The notes under the pieces: generated by a model | What the model saw: only the letters and a program-made list of their open reading frames with translations | Database searches by the model: none | What the model was told of the DNA's origin: nothing | Program-made: the position numbers and the translations under genes | DNA from: an uncultured bacterium | GTDB lineage: Bacteria; Patescibacteriota; Saccharimonadia; Saccharimonadales; 2-12-FULL-41-12 | Reading direction: 5' to 3' | Length of the DNA: 49,910 bases | NCBI GenBank assembly: GCA_963834265.1 | Contig: CAWIAU010000002.1 | Coordinates: 141,929 to 191,838 of the forward strand | Part shown: positions 40,097 to 47,574 of the stretch, one piece after another | How positions within the stretch are numbered: the first letter of the stretch is position 1 | How the letters are laid out: every line of letters begins with the position of its first letter

Positions 40097-40873
40097 TTAG
40101 TTTTTGTAAAAGTTATCTAAAACTGGCGCTATAACATCAGCTTTTACGTCGTGAGTTTGCCCATCTAATGAATTAAGTTCTGCGTTCGGCAAGGATACTG
40201 CTAGGTCTTTTGCTGTTTTAGCCATAAAGCTAGAACTATTGGCGCCATAGATAACCAGTGTATCTGTATTAATACTCTGGATATTTAATGTTAGGTACTG
40301 TTCCATAAGTTCAATCGTGTCGTAAGAAAGAGTATGCGCCATACCTGTTAAGCCTTTCCACATTGGCAGACGTTCCATTGCGGCTATTTGCTTATCTGAA
40401 ACACCAACTGTTTTTATAAATAGCGCTACTGCATCTCCGCGTTTGTCTTCCGAAATTAAACCTGCAAGCTTTTTCCTATATGCAATGGATCCCTCTTGCG
40501 CTGATGAATCTGAATTATAAGGTAACTCATACAATGCTAACTTCTTTACTTTTTCGCTCAGTTTTTGAGCGGCCATCAAGGATAGTATGCAGCCTGAAGA
40601 ATGACCATACAGATATGCACTACCACCCAACTCGTCAATTAGTACTTCAATATCATCAACTTCTTTATCGGTGGAGTATGGCAACGTGTCTGTGCTGTCA
40701 CCCTTACCACGACGGTCGTAACAAACAACCGTAAATCTGTTGGATAAAAGTTCACTTATTTTTTTACCTTGACTTCGCCTGTTCAGCGCGCCTAAGACTA
40801 AAATTAAAACAGGCCCTTGGCCTTTTTTGTCATAAGCAATGGTTGTACCATCTTTTGAAATTACTTTAGGCAT
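40097..40873 (-). CDS. Alpha/beta hydrolase
   Basis: SKDGTTIAY, YDRRGKGDS, GHSSG nucleophile, LDGQTH. Confidence 0.92.
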   Translation of the reverse strand: MPKVISKDGTTIAYDKKGQGPVLILVLGALNRRSQGKKISELLSNRFTVVCYDRRGKGDSTDTLPYSTDKEVDDIEVLIDELGGSAYLYGHSSGCILSLMAAQKLSEKVKKLALYELPYNSDSSAQEGSIAYRKKLAGLISEDKRGDAVALFIKTVGVSDKQIAAMERLPMWKGLTGMAHTLSYDTIELMEQYLTLNIQSINTDTLVIYGANSSSFMAKTAKDLAVSLPNAELNSLDGQTHDVKADVIAPVLDNFYKN

Positions 40874-40952
40874 GACAGCATTGTAACAATAAATTAATAT
40901 AATGGCCTTTATATCGATAGTTACCCCTTATAACTTCGTTGCAAGTCTGACT

Positions 40953-41114
40953 TTATTCCGACAATACTTTATCTATATTTCGTAGAGTTTGTTCTGGTCC
41001 GCGTTTAGAGCGTTCGATCATTTCACCACCTGCACGCCAGCCAAACTCAGTAATAATAACTTTTGTTTTGTCATTGCATAAATCTTGAAACTCTACTCGC
41101 TGTTTTTTATTCAT
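40953..41114 (-). pseudogene. SRPBCC/Aha1-like C-terminal remnant (53 aa, not in ORF track)
   Basis: MNKKQRVEFQDLCNDKTKVIITEFGWRAGGEMIERSKRGPEQTLRNIDKVLSE resembles the final strands and helix of SRPBCC domains. Confidence 0.55.
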
Positions 41115-41284
41115 TGGTGTTTCTCTTTTGCCATATTGCTATCATAACAGTTAGTGACTTAATCTATTTGAGCCAGGTTAAAACCCCGCTACTCACGTGC
41201 ATATAACACTGTGAAAGTTATTAATAGTCTGCCTTTTGTGTCTCGTCTCACATGCCCAAGGATTAGAGACGTTAAAACCCAGAA

Positions 41285-41330
41285 TTAACAGATAAAAAAG
41301 TGCCTTTTCGGGCTCAAAGTTGCGAATGGT
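41285..41330. repeat. 46-bp imperfect direct repeat of the tRNA-Gly ACCA end plus terminator (partner 41766-41811)
   Basis: TTAACAGATAAAAA-N11-GGGCTCAAAGTTGC-N-AATGGT in both copies; followed by GAAAGT at 41345. Confidence 0.85.
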
Positions 41331-41412
41331 ATGCTGTTAACATTGAAAGTGCAGCGATGCTCATTAGGAGGGCCACAAAAAATTACTTTAAATCTATTTA
41401 CTATTATTGCTG

Positions 41413-41718
41413 TTATTCAGCAAACTGCAGCTTGTGTTCGTTTTTAACCGCTTTTTGCTGGTGAGCCCTGGCTCCAACTGGCTCGGAAAATCTAGTATTG
41501 AGCCCGTCTAGAATGTGCTTGTCATTACCCTTTAGCAATGTACCGTCATCGAGCACGACGACTGGTATCTTGTTTTGTCCGCTAACCTGGATTAGCTCAT
41601 CTCGCTCTTTTGGTACAGCTGAAACTGGAATGGCTAAGAATTGTAGGCCAAGTTCCGTCATGCGCTGTCTGATCTTATGTGAGTGAGGACACCACTCCGC
41701 CTGGTAAACTTTTATCAT
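41413..41718 (-). CDS. Monothiol glutaredoxin / GST-N-like protein
   Basis: VYQAEWCPHSHKIRQRMTELG, SGQNKIPVVV..DG; track start 41757. Confidence 0.85.
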   Translation of the reverse strand: MIKVYQAEWCPHSHKIRQRMTELGLQFLAIPVSAVPKERDELIQVSGQNKIPVVVLDDGTLLKGNDKHILDGLNTRFSEPVGARAHQQKAVKNEHKLQFAE

Positions 41719-41807
41719 CGTTGCTTTCAGGTTTATTTTACTTATTTGATTATACACCCTCCAAGTTAACAGATAAAAAGAGCGCTATTAGGGCTCAAAG
41801 TTGCTAA

Positions 41808-41884
41808 TGGTGCGGGTGAAGAGACTCTAACTCTCGACCTCTTCCTTGGCAAGGAAGCGCTCTAAACAACTGAGCTACACCCGC
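41808..41884 (-). tRNA. tRNA-Gly(GCC)
   Basis: GCGGGTG...CTTCC-TTGCCAA-GGAAG...GAGAG-TTAGAGT-CTCTT...CGCACCA. Confidence 0.93.
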
Positions 41885-41971
41885 ATGTATGAAACTTTAC
41901 CGTAAACGATCTGCCGAAACTTTGTGAGCGCCTCCTTGTCCTGGCAAGTAGGGTTTAGACCCATATTATTC

Positions 41972-42150
41972 TGGTGGCTCCTCCCAGACAGCGGACTTCG
42001 TCCTTTTCCACTTAATCTTTCTCGAAGCAAGCTTCTGCGAGAGATTTCGCTTCACCGAACTGATGGTTCACTGCGTTCACGCATCCAGTTCAAGCTTGGA
42101 ACGACCGCAATAATCCATTGCAGCCCACTCAAAAGGTGGGCAACACTGGA
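41972..42150. mobile_element. tRNA-Phe 3'-associated palindromic mini-element
   Basis: 18-bp exact copy of the tRNA 3' end (41972-41989 = 42151-42168), several hairpins, inverted T-arm TCCAGTTCAAGCTTGGA at 42084-42100. Confidence 0.6.
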
Positions 42151-42226
42151 TGGTGGCTCCTCCCAGACTCGAACTGGGGACACAAGGCTCTTCAAGCCTC
42201 TGCTCTACCAACTGAGCTAAAGAGCC
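42151..42226 (-). tRNA. tRNA-Phe(GAA)
   Basis: GGCTCTT...GAGGC-TTGAAGA-GCCTT...AGTTCGAGTCT...GCCACCA. Confidence 0.96.
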
Positions 42227-42358
42227 ACAATATATAGGTGGCGTAGATTATGCGAATTGTTAATGAGCCTTGTGTCCCGGTGGGACAATTGATTATTTCT
42301 GGGCTGAAGCCCGGCATCTTCAAGCCTCTGCGTTTGGCAACTGAGCTAAAGAGCCACA
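42227..42358. mobile_element. tRNA-Phe 5'-associated palindromic mini-element
   Basis: Degenerate copy of the tRNA 5' half (42317-42355), GGGCTGAAGCCC and TGTCCCGGTGGGACA hairpins, inverted 14-nt tRNA fragment at 42265-42278. Confidence 0.6.
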
Positions 42359-42405
42359 TTAACTCTGTTATTCTAGTGTAATTCAACCTTTTATTCAATA
42401 TCAGA

Positions 42406-43146
42406 TTACTTACGGGTAAGGCCTCGGAGGGCATCTACAAGTTCTACAGGAAACAGCATCATTGTCTTTTGTGATGGCTCGGTGGAAATGCGCTCTATCG
42501 TATTGAGAGTACGCAGATTAATCGCTCCGGGAGTAGAAGACAGAATTTTTGCAGCGTCCGCCAGAGTCTGAGCCGCTAACTTTTCGCCGTCAGAATTTAT
42601 CACATTTGCCCGCTTTTCCCTCTCGGCTTCAGCCTGCTTGGCCATGGCACGTTTCATGTCCTGAGGCAATTCAATATTCTGAATTTTAACATTCTCTACA
42701 TCAATTCCCCATGCTTCTGTTTGTTTATCGACAATCACTTTGATCTGCTGGCTAACCTGATCTCTTTTACCCAGCAGGTCATCCAGCTCGATACTCCCGG
42801 TCACGTCGCGCAGAGCTGCCTGGGCAAACTGGCTGGTGGCATAGATATAATTTGTCGTCTCCAGCACTGCTTTCGCAGAGTCCACAACCCGCAGATACAC
42901 GACCGCGTCTACGCTCGCCGTCACATTATCTTTGGTAATGACTTCTTGTTTGGTGACATCTATCGGTGTCGAGCGAACATCGATCTTTCGCATGACCTGA
43001 ATTACCGGAATTATAATATTGAGACCGGGTTTACGCGTGCCGGTATATTTGCCGAGTGTCAGTATCACTCCGCGTTCGTACTGGTTGACAATTCGTATCC
43101 CCAGTATCAGGATTGTCAGGACTATAATAAAAATGAACCAACCCAT
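42406..43146 (-). CDS. SPFH/band-7 (slipin/stomatin-like) protein
   Basis: YERGV..TLGK, PGL, QEVITKDNV, AQAALR, MAKQAEAEREKRA, LRTLNT. Confidence 0.95.
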   Translation of the reverse strand: MGWFIFIIVLTILILGIRIVNQYERGVILTLGKYTGTRKPGLNIIIPVIQVMRKIDVRSTPIDVTKQEVITKDNVTASVDAVVYLRVVDSAKAVLETTNYIYATSQFAQAALRDVTGSIELDDLLGKRDQVSQQIKVIVDKQTEAWGIDVENVKIQNIELPQDMKRAMAKQAEAEREKRANVINSDGEKLAAQTLADAAKILSSTPGAINLRTLNTIERISTEPSQKTMMLFPVELVDALRGLTRK

Positions 43147-43190
43147 TGCACCTCCTTGTTAGTGCTTTCATGATAGCACGGAGCGCAAAA

Positions 43191-43294
43191 GACGAGGGAC
43201 TCGCCTTATCCCAAATATGCCACTGGCGATCCCGTTCAAGTCCTCTCAGAACGCCATGCAATAAAAAAGACCATACAAGATGGTCATTTATTAT
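43191..43294. mobile_element. tRNA-Val 3'-associated palindromic mini-element (degenerate)
   Basis: GACGAGGGACTCG (12/13 to the tRNA 3' part), TGCCACTGGC hairpin, inverted T-arm GTTCAAGTCCTCTCA, terminator-like GACCAT/ATGGTC. Confidence 0.5.
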
Positions 43295-43371
43295 TGGTGG
43301 GTGATGAGGGACTCGAACCCCCGACCCTCTCGGTGTAAACGAGATGCTCTAGCCAACTGAGCTAATCACCC
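43295..43371 (-). tRNA. tRNA-Val(TAC)
   Basis: GGGTGAT...TCTCG-TTTACAC-CGAGA...GGTTCGAGTCC...CCCACCA. Confidence 0.96.
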
Positions 43372-43547
43372 AGGCTTGTAAATTATATCAGGTGAACGGG
43401 TCGGGGTATTCCCCGCCAACCTCCGGCTGGCCCGAAACTTCATTTTTGAAAACAAGTTTTCAAAAGAAGATTTCCTTGCGAACTGCCACAGGTAGTTCTC
43501 ACCTCTCGGTGTAAACGAGATGCTCTAGCCAACTGAGCTAATCACCC
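43372..43547. mobile_element. tRNA-Val 5'-associated palindromic mini-element
   Basis: 46-nt exact copy of the tRNA 5' half (43502-43547), GAACTGCCACAGGTAGTTC and TTTTGAAAACAAGTTTTCAAAA hairpins, inverted GGGTCGGGG fragment. Confidence 0.65.
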
Positions 43548-43664
43548 GATTAATAACAGATTAGACTATACCAGATATAACTACTTTATTAAACAGACTT
43601 TGTTCAACAAACTCTCTGCTCTATGCGATTTACTAAAGCTAATTTCTAAAAAATGTCAAATCTA

Positions 43665-43738
43665 TGGTGCGGTATATGATCTGAACTTCAATTCTCCTGG
43701 TGTAAACGAGAGACTACCGTCAACCGAGCTAATCACTC
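43665..43738 (-). pseudogene. Chimeric pseudo-tRNA (Val-like 5' half, Leu-like 3' end)
   Basis: GGTGTAAACGAGA...CAACCGAGCTAATCAC matches tRNA-Val; TGGTGCGG plus flank matches the tRNA-Leu(GAG) locus; stems broken. Confidence 0.75.
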
Positions 43739-43800
43739 TGTAACAGGCCGATCGAGAGTTACTCATACACCTACGTTATTTTTATCTGTAGAGATAAAGT

Positions 43801-44904
43801 TTAACTGGCTAGCGCATATAACTCATCGGCAGCTTCCCGTGCTGTTTGGCGCTTAGTAGCATCACTATCTAACAATCGCAGGGTAAACTTCGATAAATCA
43901 GAAGCTATACTGTCTCTATCTCTGGCTACTACTTCAGGTCGGGGTGGAACAGGGTGCCTGAGAAGATTACGTGTATATGTTCCCATCTTGCCCTCGGTCT
44001 TGCTCTCAGTAGGCCAAGGCAATCTTCCTCCTGTGAGTAAGCAGTATATTGTTGCGCCCACCGCAGACATGTCGCTCGAGGGACGTAGCGTAGATACACC
44101 ACCCAGTACTCTCTCGCGGGCCATATAACCAGGTGTGCCTATCGTTGCTCCTGTTTGTGTTATCTCATTAAAAACTGCTAGTTCATTTTCAAAGTGGGCA
44201 CGTAGAAGATCCGGAGCTTCTTCTTCACCAGATACGCCTACTGCACCAAAATCACTTAGATAACCCACGCCATTTATATCAAGAAGACCATTGCCCGGCT
44301 TAATATCCCTGTGAACAAGTCCTTTTTTATGTAACTCATCCAGCGCCAAAAGAATCGGATGGAATGCCCTGGCCAGAGTTTCTACGCGTTCTATTCTGCC
44401 ACCTGCATTATTAACAGCTAGTTTTGCTAAGGTTCCGTGCTGGAAAGGCATAGTAAAATAAGGGAGTTCTCCCGCACGGGTCTGAACTGTACCATGATCA
44501 TGCAAGTCCACTACTCCGGCATGATGTCCCATAGTACGATGTACACTTATCTCCCTGTAGGCGCGGTAAGGCTGCTCGTCCTCAGGGTGGAGCAATTTTA
44601 AAGCAACAAATCTGCCTGTAGAATCTATGGCTCCGTGTACATCAGACTGAGCTGTACTGGCTATTCGCCCCAACACGTCTAAATCAGTAGGTCCATGCTG
44701 GTCATCTGAATCTGCTGTAGTGTGTCCGTTAACCAAATGAAGCCTGGGTCTTGGTTTTTCAGCATCTATGAGACTAGGAATATTTTGCCTGGCAATCTCC
44801 ACTGCACTAATTTCTGGTCCCTGGGCCATTAGCACACTCTCCCCCAGGGCCTCTGTATCAGGGCTAGGAAAATGTGGCACAACATTTGGACTCGTATAGG
44901 CCAT
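43801..44904 (-). CDS. Hanks-type Ser/Thr protein kinase, soluble
   Basis: VALK, RE, HRDIKPGN, DFG, IGTPGYMARE, SDMSAVG; no TM or sensor domain. Confidence 0.9.
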   Translation of the reverse strand: MAYTSPNVVPHFPSPDTEALGESVLMAQGPEISAVEIARQNIPSLIDAEKPRPRLHLVNGHTTADSDDQHGPTDLDVLGRIASTAQSDVHGAIDSTGRFVALKLLHPEDEQPYRAYREISVHRTMGHHAGVVDLHDHGTVQTRAGELPYFTMPFQHGTLAKLAVNNAGGRIERVETLARAFHPILLALDELHKKGLVHRDIKPGNGLLDINGVGYLSDFGAVGVSGEEEAPDLLRAHFENELAVFNEITQTGATIGTPGYMARERVLGGVSTLRPSSDMSAVGATIYCLLTGGRLPWPTESKTEGKMGTYTRNLLRHPVPPRPEVVARDRDSIASDLSKFTLRLLDSDATKRQTAREAADELYALAS

Positions 44905-45034
44905 GTTTATTTTTTTACTTAATCTAACTCCTGCATTCGACTATACGACCGAAGATATTACATATCAAGAATATATACACTTTTCACCAAGTAATAAGCA
45001 TAAGAGTCTGTAATAATTCTCACAAATGATATAT

Positions 45035-45085
45035 TATGCGATTTTTTAAAGCTAATTTTCGAATATCGTCAAATCTATGGTGCGG
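45035..45085. repeat. 51-bp imperfect direct repeat (partner 43622-43672) bounding the kinase
   Basis: TATGCGATTT..TAAAGCTAATTT......GTCAAATCTATGGTGCGG, 43/51 identical by manual alignment. Confidence 0.85.
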
Positions 45086-45163
45086 ATGAGAGGACTTGAA
45101 CCTCCACAGGATTGCTCCCACTGGCCCCTCAAGCCAGCGCGTCTACCATTCCGCCACATCCGC
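45078..45163 (-). tRNA. tRNA-Leu(GAG)
   Basis: GCGGATG...CTGGC-TTGAGGG-GCCAG, long variable arm, GGTTCAAGTCC, CCA. Confidence 0.96.
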
Positions 45164-45197
45164 ATGAGTCATCTGAATAACAGATTAAAGAATACAG

Positions 45198-45241
45198 TAA
45201 ATACGCTTATCCCTCAAGCTAAATACGCTTATCCCTCAAGC
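45198..45241. repeat. Perfect 22-bp tandem duplication
   Basis: TAAATACGCTTATCCCTCAAGC x2. Confidence 0.9.
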
Positions 45242-45257
45242 TCGCGGATAATTAAGA

Positions 45258-46895
45258 TTACGTGCGGGGCATGTGGTCATAGAGATGATCCATCGAATAC
45301 TCGTGACGCAGCAAAGGCTTGATATCCTCCAGTGTTACATCCATCTTTACGCCGGGATTCAGGATTCCGTGAGGATCAAAGATCTTCTTGAGCTTCTGAA
45401 ACAGCGCATAGGCTTCATCACCGTAGAGCTTCCGGAGATAAGGTGCTCTCAATCGCCCGTCGCCGTGTTCGCCACTGGTACTCCCGCCGAGTTCAATCAC
45501 CATATTGTAATATTCATCAATCAGGCGAAAAACTTTCTGCCGGTCACCGATTTGATTCAAATCCAGAAACGGCTGCATGTGCAGGTTGGCATTACCGGCG
45601 TGCCCCCATATTGCGACTTTGAGCTTGTGCCTGTCAAACAATGCGTACACCTTAGTCAGATAGTCATCAAACCGCTCAATGGGCACAATACCGTCCTCGA
45701 TAATCGGCAGAGCTTTGGCTCGTCCTTCGCTATATGCAATCACAGCGGCAGCACTATGACGTATCTTCCATAGCTCATCCTTACTTGACTCTTCGGTTTC
45801 CTGTCGATACTTAATATTTAGCTTTTGCAAGAGTCTCGTCGTCTTTTTGGCGCTGTGGTTCCGTTGACGCGACGACTGATCATCAAATTCGATTAGCATG
45901 ACCAGTTTAGGGAATGGCGGTGACAAAATGCCCTTAAGTTGATTCGGATTGTGTTCCTGCAAAAAGTTCAGTAGATTTTCATCTACAATTTCCATTGCAC
46001 TGGGAGGATGTTTCATGTTGCGGAGTTCCAGAATTATCGATTCTGTCTGCTTGATATCGTTGCAGTATGCAGCAATCAGTGTTGTAGCCGGATCATGAGG
46101 CTCGGTGGCTACTGTAATTTCCGTAATAATACCCAACGTTCCCTGCGACCCGACCAATAACGGAGTCAGGTCGAAGCTATCGCCTTTGTCTTTGACGCTA
46201 CCGATATCGTAACCAGCAGAGTTTTTGGTAACATCCAGTTTCAGATTTTTGATTATATCCTGATTTTCTTCGATAAGAGCGTCCAGAGACCTATAAATTT
46301 CACCTTCAAACGTAGAAAGACCCATTTTTTTGCTGACTTCACGCTTGTTAAGACGTTTTGTTTCGATAACTTCGCCATTAGCCAGCACTACTCTGAGGCC
46401 CTCAGTATAAGTCCGGGTATTGCCGTACTTTACAGTCTTTTCGCCGCTGGCATTATTTGCCACCGCGCCCCCGACAGTGGAATATTCCTGTGAGGCAGGG
46501 AAAGGCGGCAGAAAACGGCCATGGGTATGGAGTGCCTGTTGTAACTTCGCGTAATTCAGACCCGGTTCCAGTGTGACCGAACCCGATTTAGCGTCCAGTT
46601 CCAAAATGCGGTTCATGTGTGCCGGAAATACCAGAATCACACCCTTACCAATAGCTGCACCGCTTTGATCCGTGCCGGAACCCCGTGCAGTAATCGGCAT
46701 GACTCTGCCACGCTCTGCTAACTGCCACGTGAAGCGGGCGGTTTTGCGTACATCATTTTCGTTACGGGGATAGACAATAATAACAGGCATGACCTCAAAA
46801 ATGCTGCTATCGGTTGAGAAATACCTGCAGGCATCGGAACTTGTCATGACCTCGCCAATCAAATGTTCCTGCAGATAATGTGCTACTTTATTCAT
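45258..46895 (-). CDS. FAD-binding oxidoreductase (GlcD/D-lactate dehydrogenase-like, FAD_binding_4 + FAD-oxidase_C)
   Basis: ARGSGTDQSG, STVGGAVANNASG, GSQGTLGIITE, GHAGNANLH, SGEHGDG, FDPHGILNPG. Confidence 0.9.
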   Translation of the reverse strand: MNKVAHYLQEHLIGEVMTSSDACRYFSTDSSIFEVMPVIIVYPRNENDVRKTARFTWQLAERGRVMPITARGSGTDQSGAAIGKGVILVFPAHMNRILELDAKSGSVTLEPGLNYAKLQQALHTHGRFLPPFPASQEYSTVGGAVANNASGEKTVKYGNTRTYTEGLRVVLANGEVIETKRLNKREVSKKMGLSTFEGEIYRSLDALIEENQDIIKNLKLDVTKNSAGYDIGSVKDKGDSFDLTPLLVGSQGTLGIITEITVATEPHDPATTLIAAYCNDIKQTESIILELRNMKHPPSAMEIVDENLLNFLQEHNPNQLKGILSPPFPKLVMLIEFDDQSSRQRNHSAKKTTRLLQKLNIKYRQETEESSKDELWKIRHSAAAVIAYSEGRAKALPIIEDGIVPIERFDDYLTKVYALFDRHKLKVAIWGHAGNANLHMQPFLDLNQIGDRQKVFRLIDEYYNMVIELGGSTSGEHGDGRLRAPYLRKLYGDEAYALFQKLKKIFDPHGILNPGVKMDVTLEDIKPLLRHEYSMDHLYDHMPRT

Positions 46896-47005
46896 TTGTG
46901 CGTACAACCCTCATCGTAACCAAGCGTTAGTAGATTCAACAGATATAATAGCACAAAATGATCTCTGCTACAGATATAGCAGTCGTCATATTTTTATTTA
47001 TCCGG

Positions 47006-47033
47006 GCTGTCCCGACTTTTTTGTCGGGACAGC
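47006..47033. terminator. Strong hairpin / probable terminator
   Basis: GCTGTCCCGAC-tttttt-GTCGGGACAGC, perfect 11-bp stem downstream of the 47047 gene. Confidence 0.6.
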
Positions 47034-47046
47034 AGCTCATTACGTA

Positions 47047-47574
47047 CTAACCCGCAGACCCCGGCGTGTTCCCGGGTGTAAGCGCTACCATTTGGCGGAT
47101 GCTCTCTACCACCAGCGCAGTATCAAGAGGAACTTCGGCTACATATCTCTCGATAGCGCCTACAGTTTGATCTACGGTAACCAGAACTGTCGGGGGCACT
47201 GTATCCCGTACACCAGCCTGATCAGCTGTTTCAACGGACAGTAGCGCAGCCAGTCCCTGTGCCATCCGGTAGTGCTTGCCTGAAGCAGTACGATACATCA
47301 GACGTTCATTTGACTCTTTACATCTTTCCCTGGGTGGATTTAAAACCCGAATTACTGATTTTGCTACACCACTAAGGTGATAGACGGTACGTTCACCGCG
47401 TTTAAGCGCAATTCCTGCAGAATAGTTTTTATTATTCTTTCTCATTGCGATCAGTTCTTCCTGAGTAGGTTCTGAACCGGATGCTGAATAGTTAGCTGCA
47501 GCACCGTATAGTATGTCATTTTCATATTGCAGCCTTCTTCTTTCAGAATTGGGCATATTATCTAAATTATTCAT
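47047..47574 (-). CDS. Hypothetical protein
   Basis: About 175-aa ORF (track start 47586); no recognised motif. Confidence 0.55.
   Translation of the reverse strand: MNNLDNMPNSERRRLQYENDILYGAAANYSASGSEPTQEELIAMRKNNKNYSAGIALKRGERTVYHLSGVAKSVIRVLNPPRERCKESNERLMYRTASGKHYRMAQGLAALLSVETADQAGVRDTVPPTVLVTVDQTVGAIERYVAEVPLDTALVVESIRQMVALTPGNTPGSAG

Larger units (their letters stand above)
35346..41811 (-). mobile_element. Genomic island / cassette stack at the 3' end of tRNA-Gly
   Basis: About 14 small co-oriented genes and remnants; repeated terminator+TGGT+GAAAGT junction sites; 46-bp repeat including the tRNA ACCA end; no integrase in the window. Confidence 0.6.

Noticed and set aside
35346-41811. 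Classical integron with attC sites
   Set aside because: No intI, and I could not find RYYYAAC...GTTRRRY palindromic attC structures in the spacers; the junctions are tRNA-end/terminator based instead.
41925-41950. Degenerate tRNA-Gly anticodon-arm copy (CCTCCTTGTCCTGGCAAGTAGG)
   Set aside because: Similarity is short and gapped; it could be an ordinary hairpin.
41924-42434. Short ORFs over tRNA loci (41924-42220, 42192-42434, 45077-45322, 28196-28402)
   Set aside because: They overlap tRNA genes or structured elements and translate to no recognisable protein.
41972-43547. Group I intron-split or permuted tRNA genes
   Set aside because: Each tRNA is present intact; the extra halves are duplicates, and the inserts are short with no recognisable group I core.
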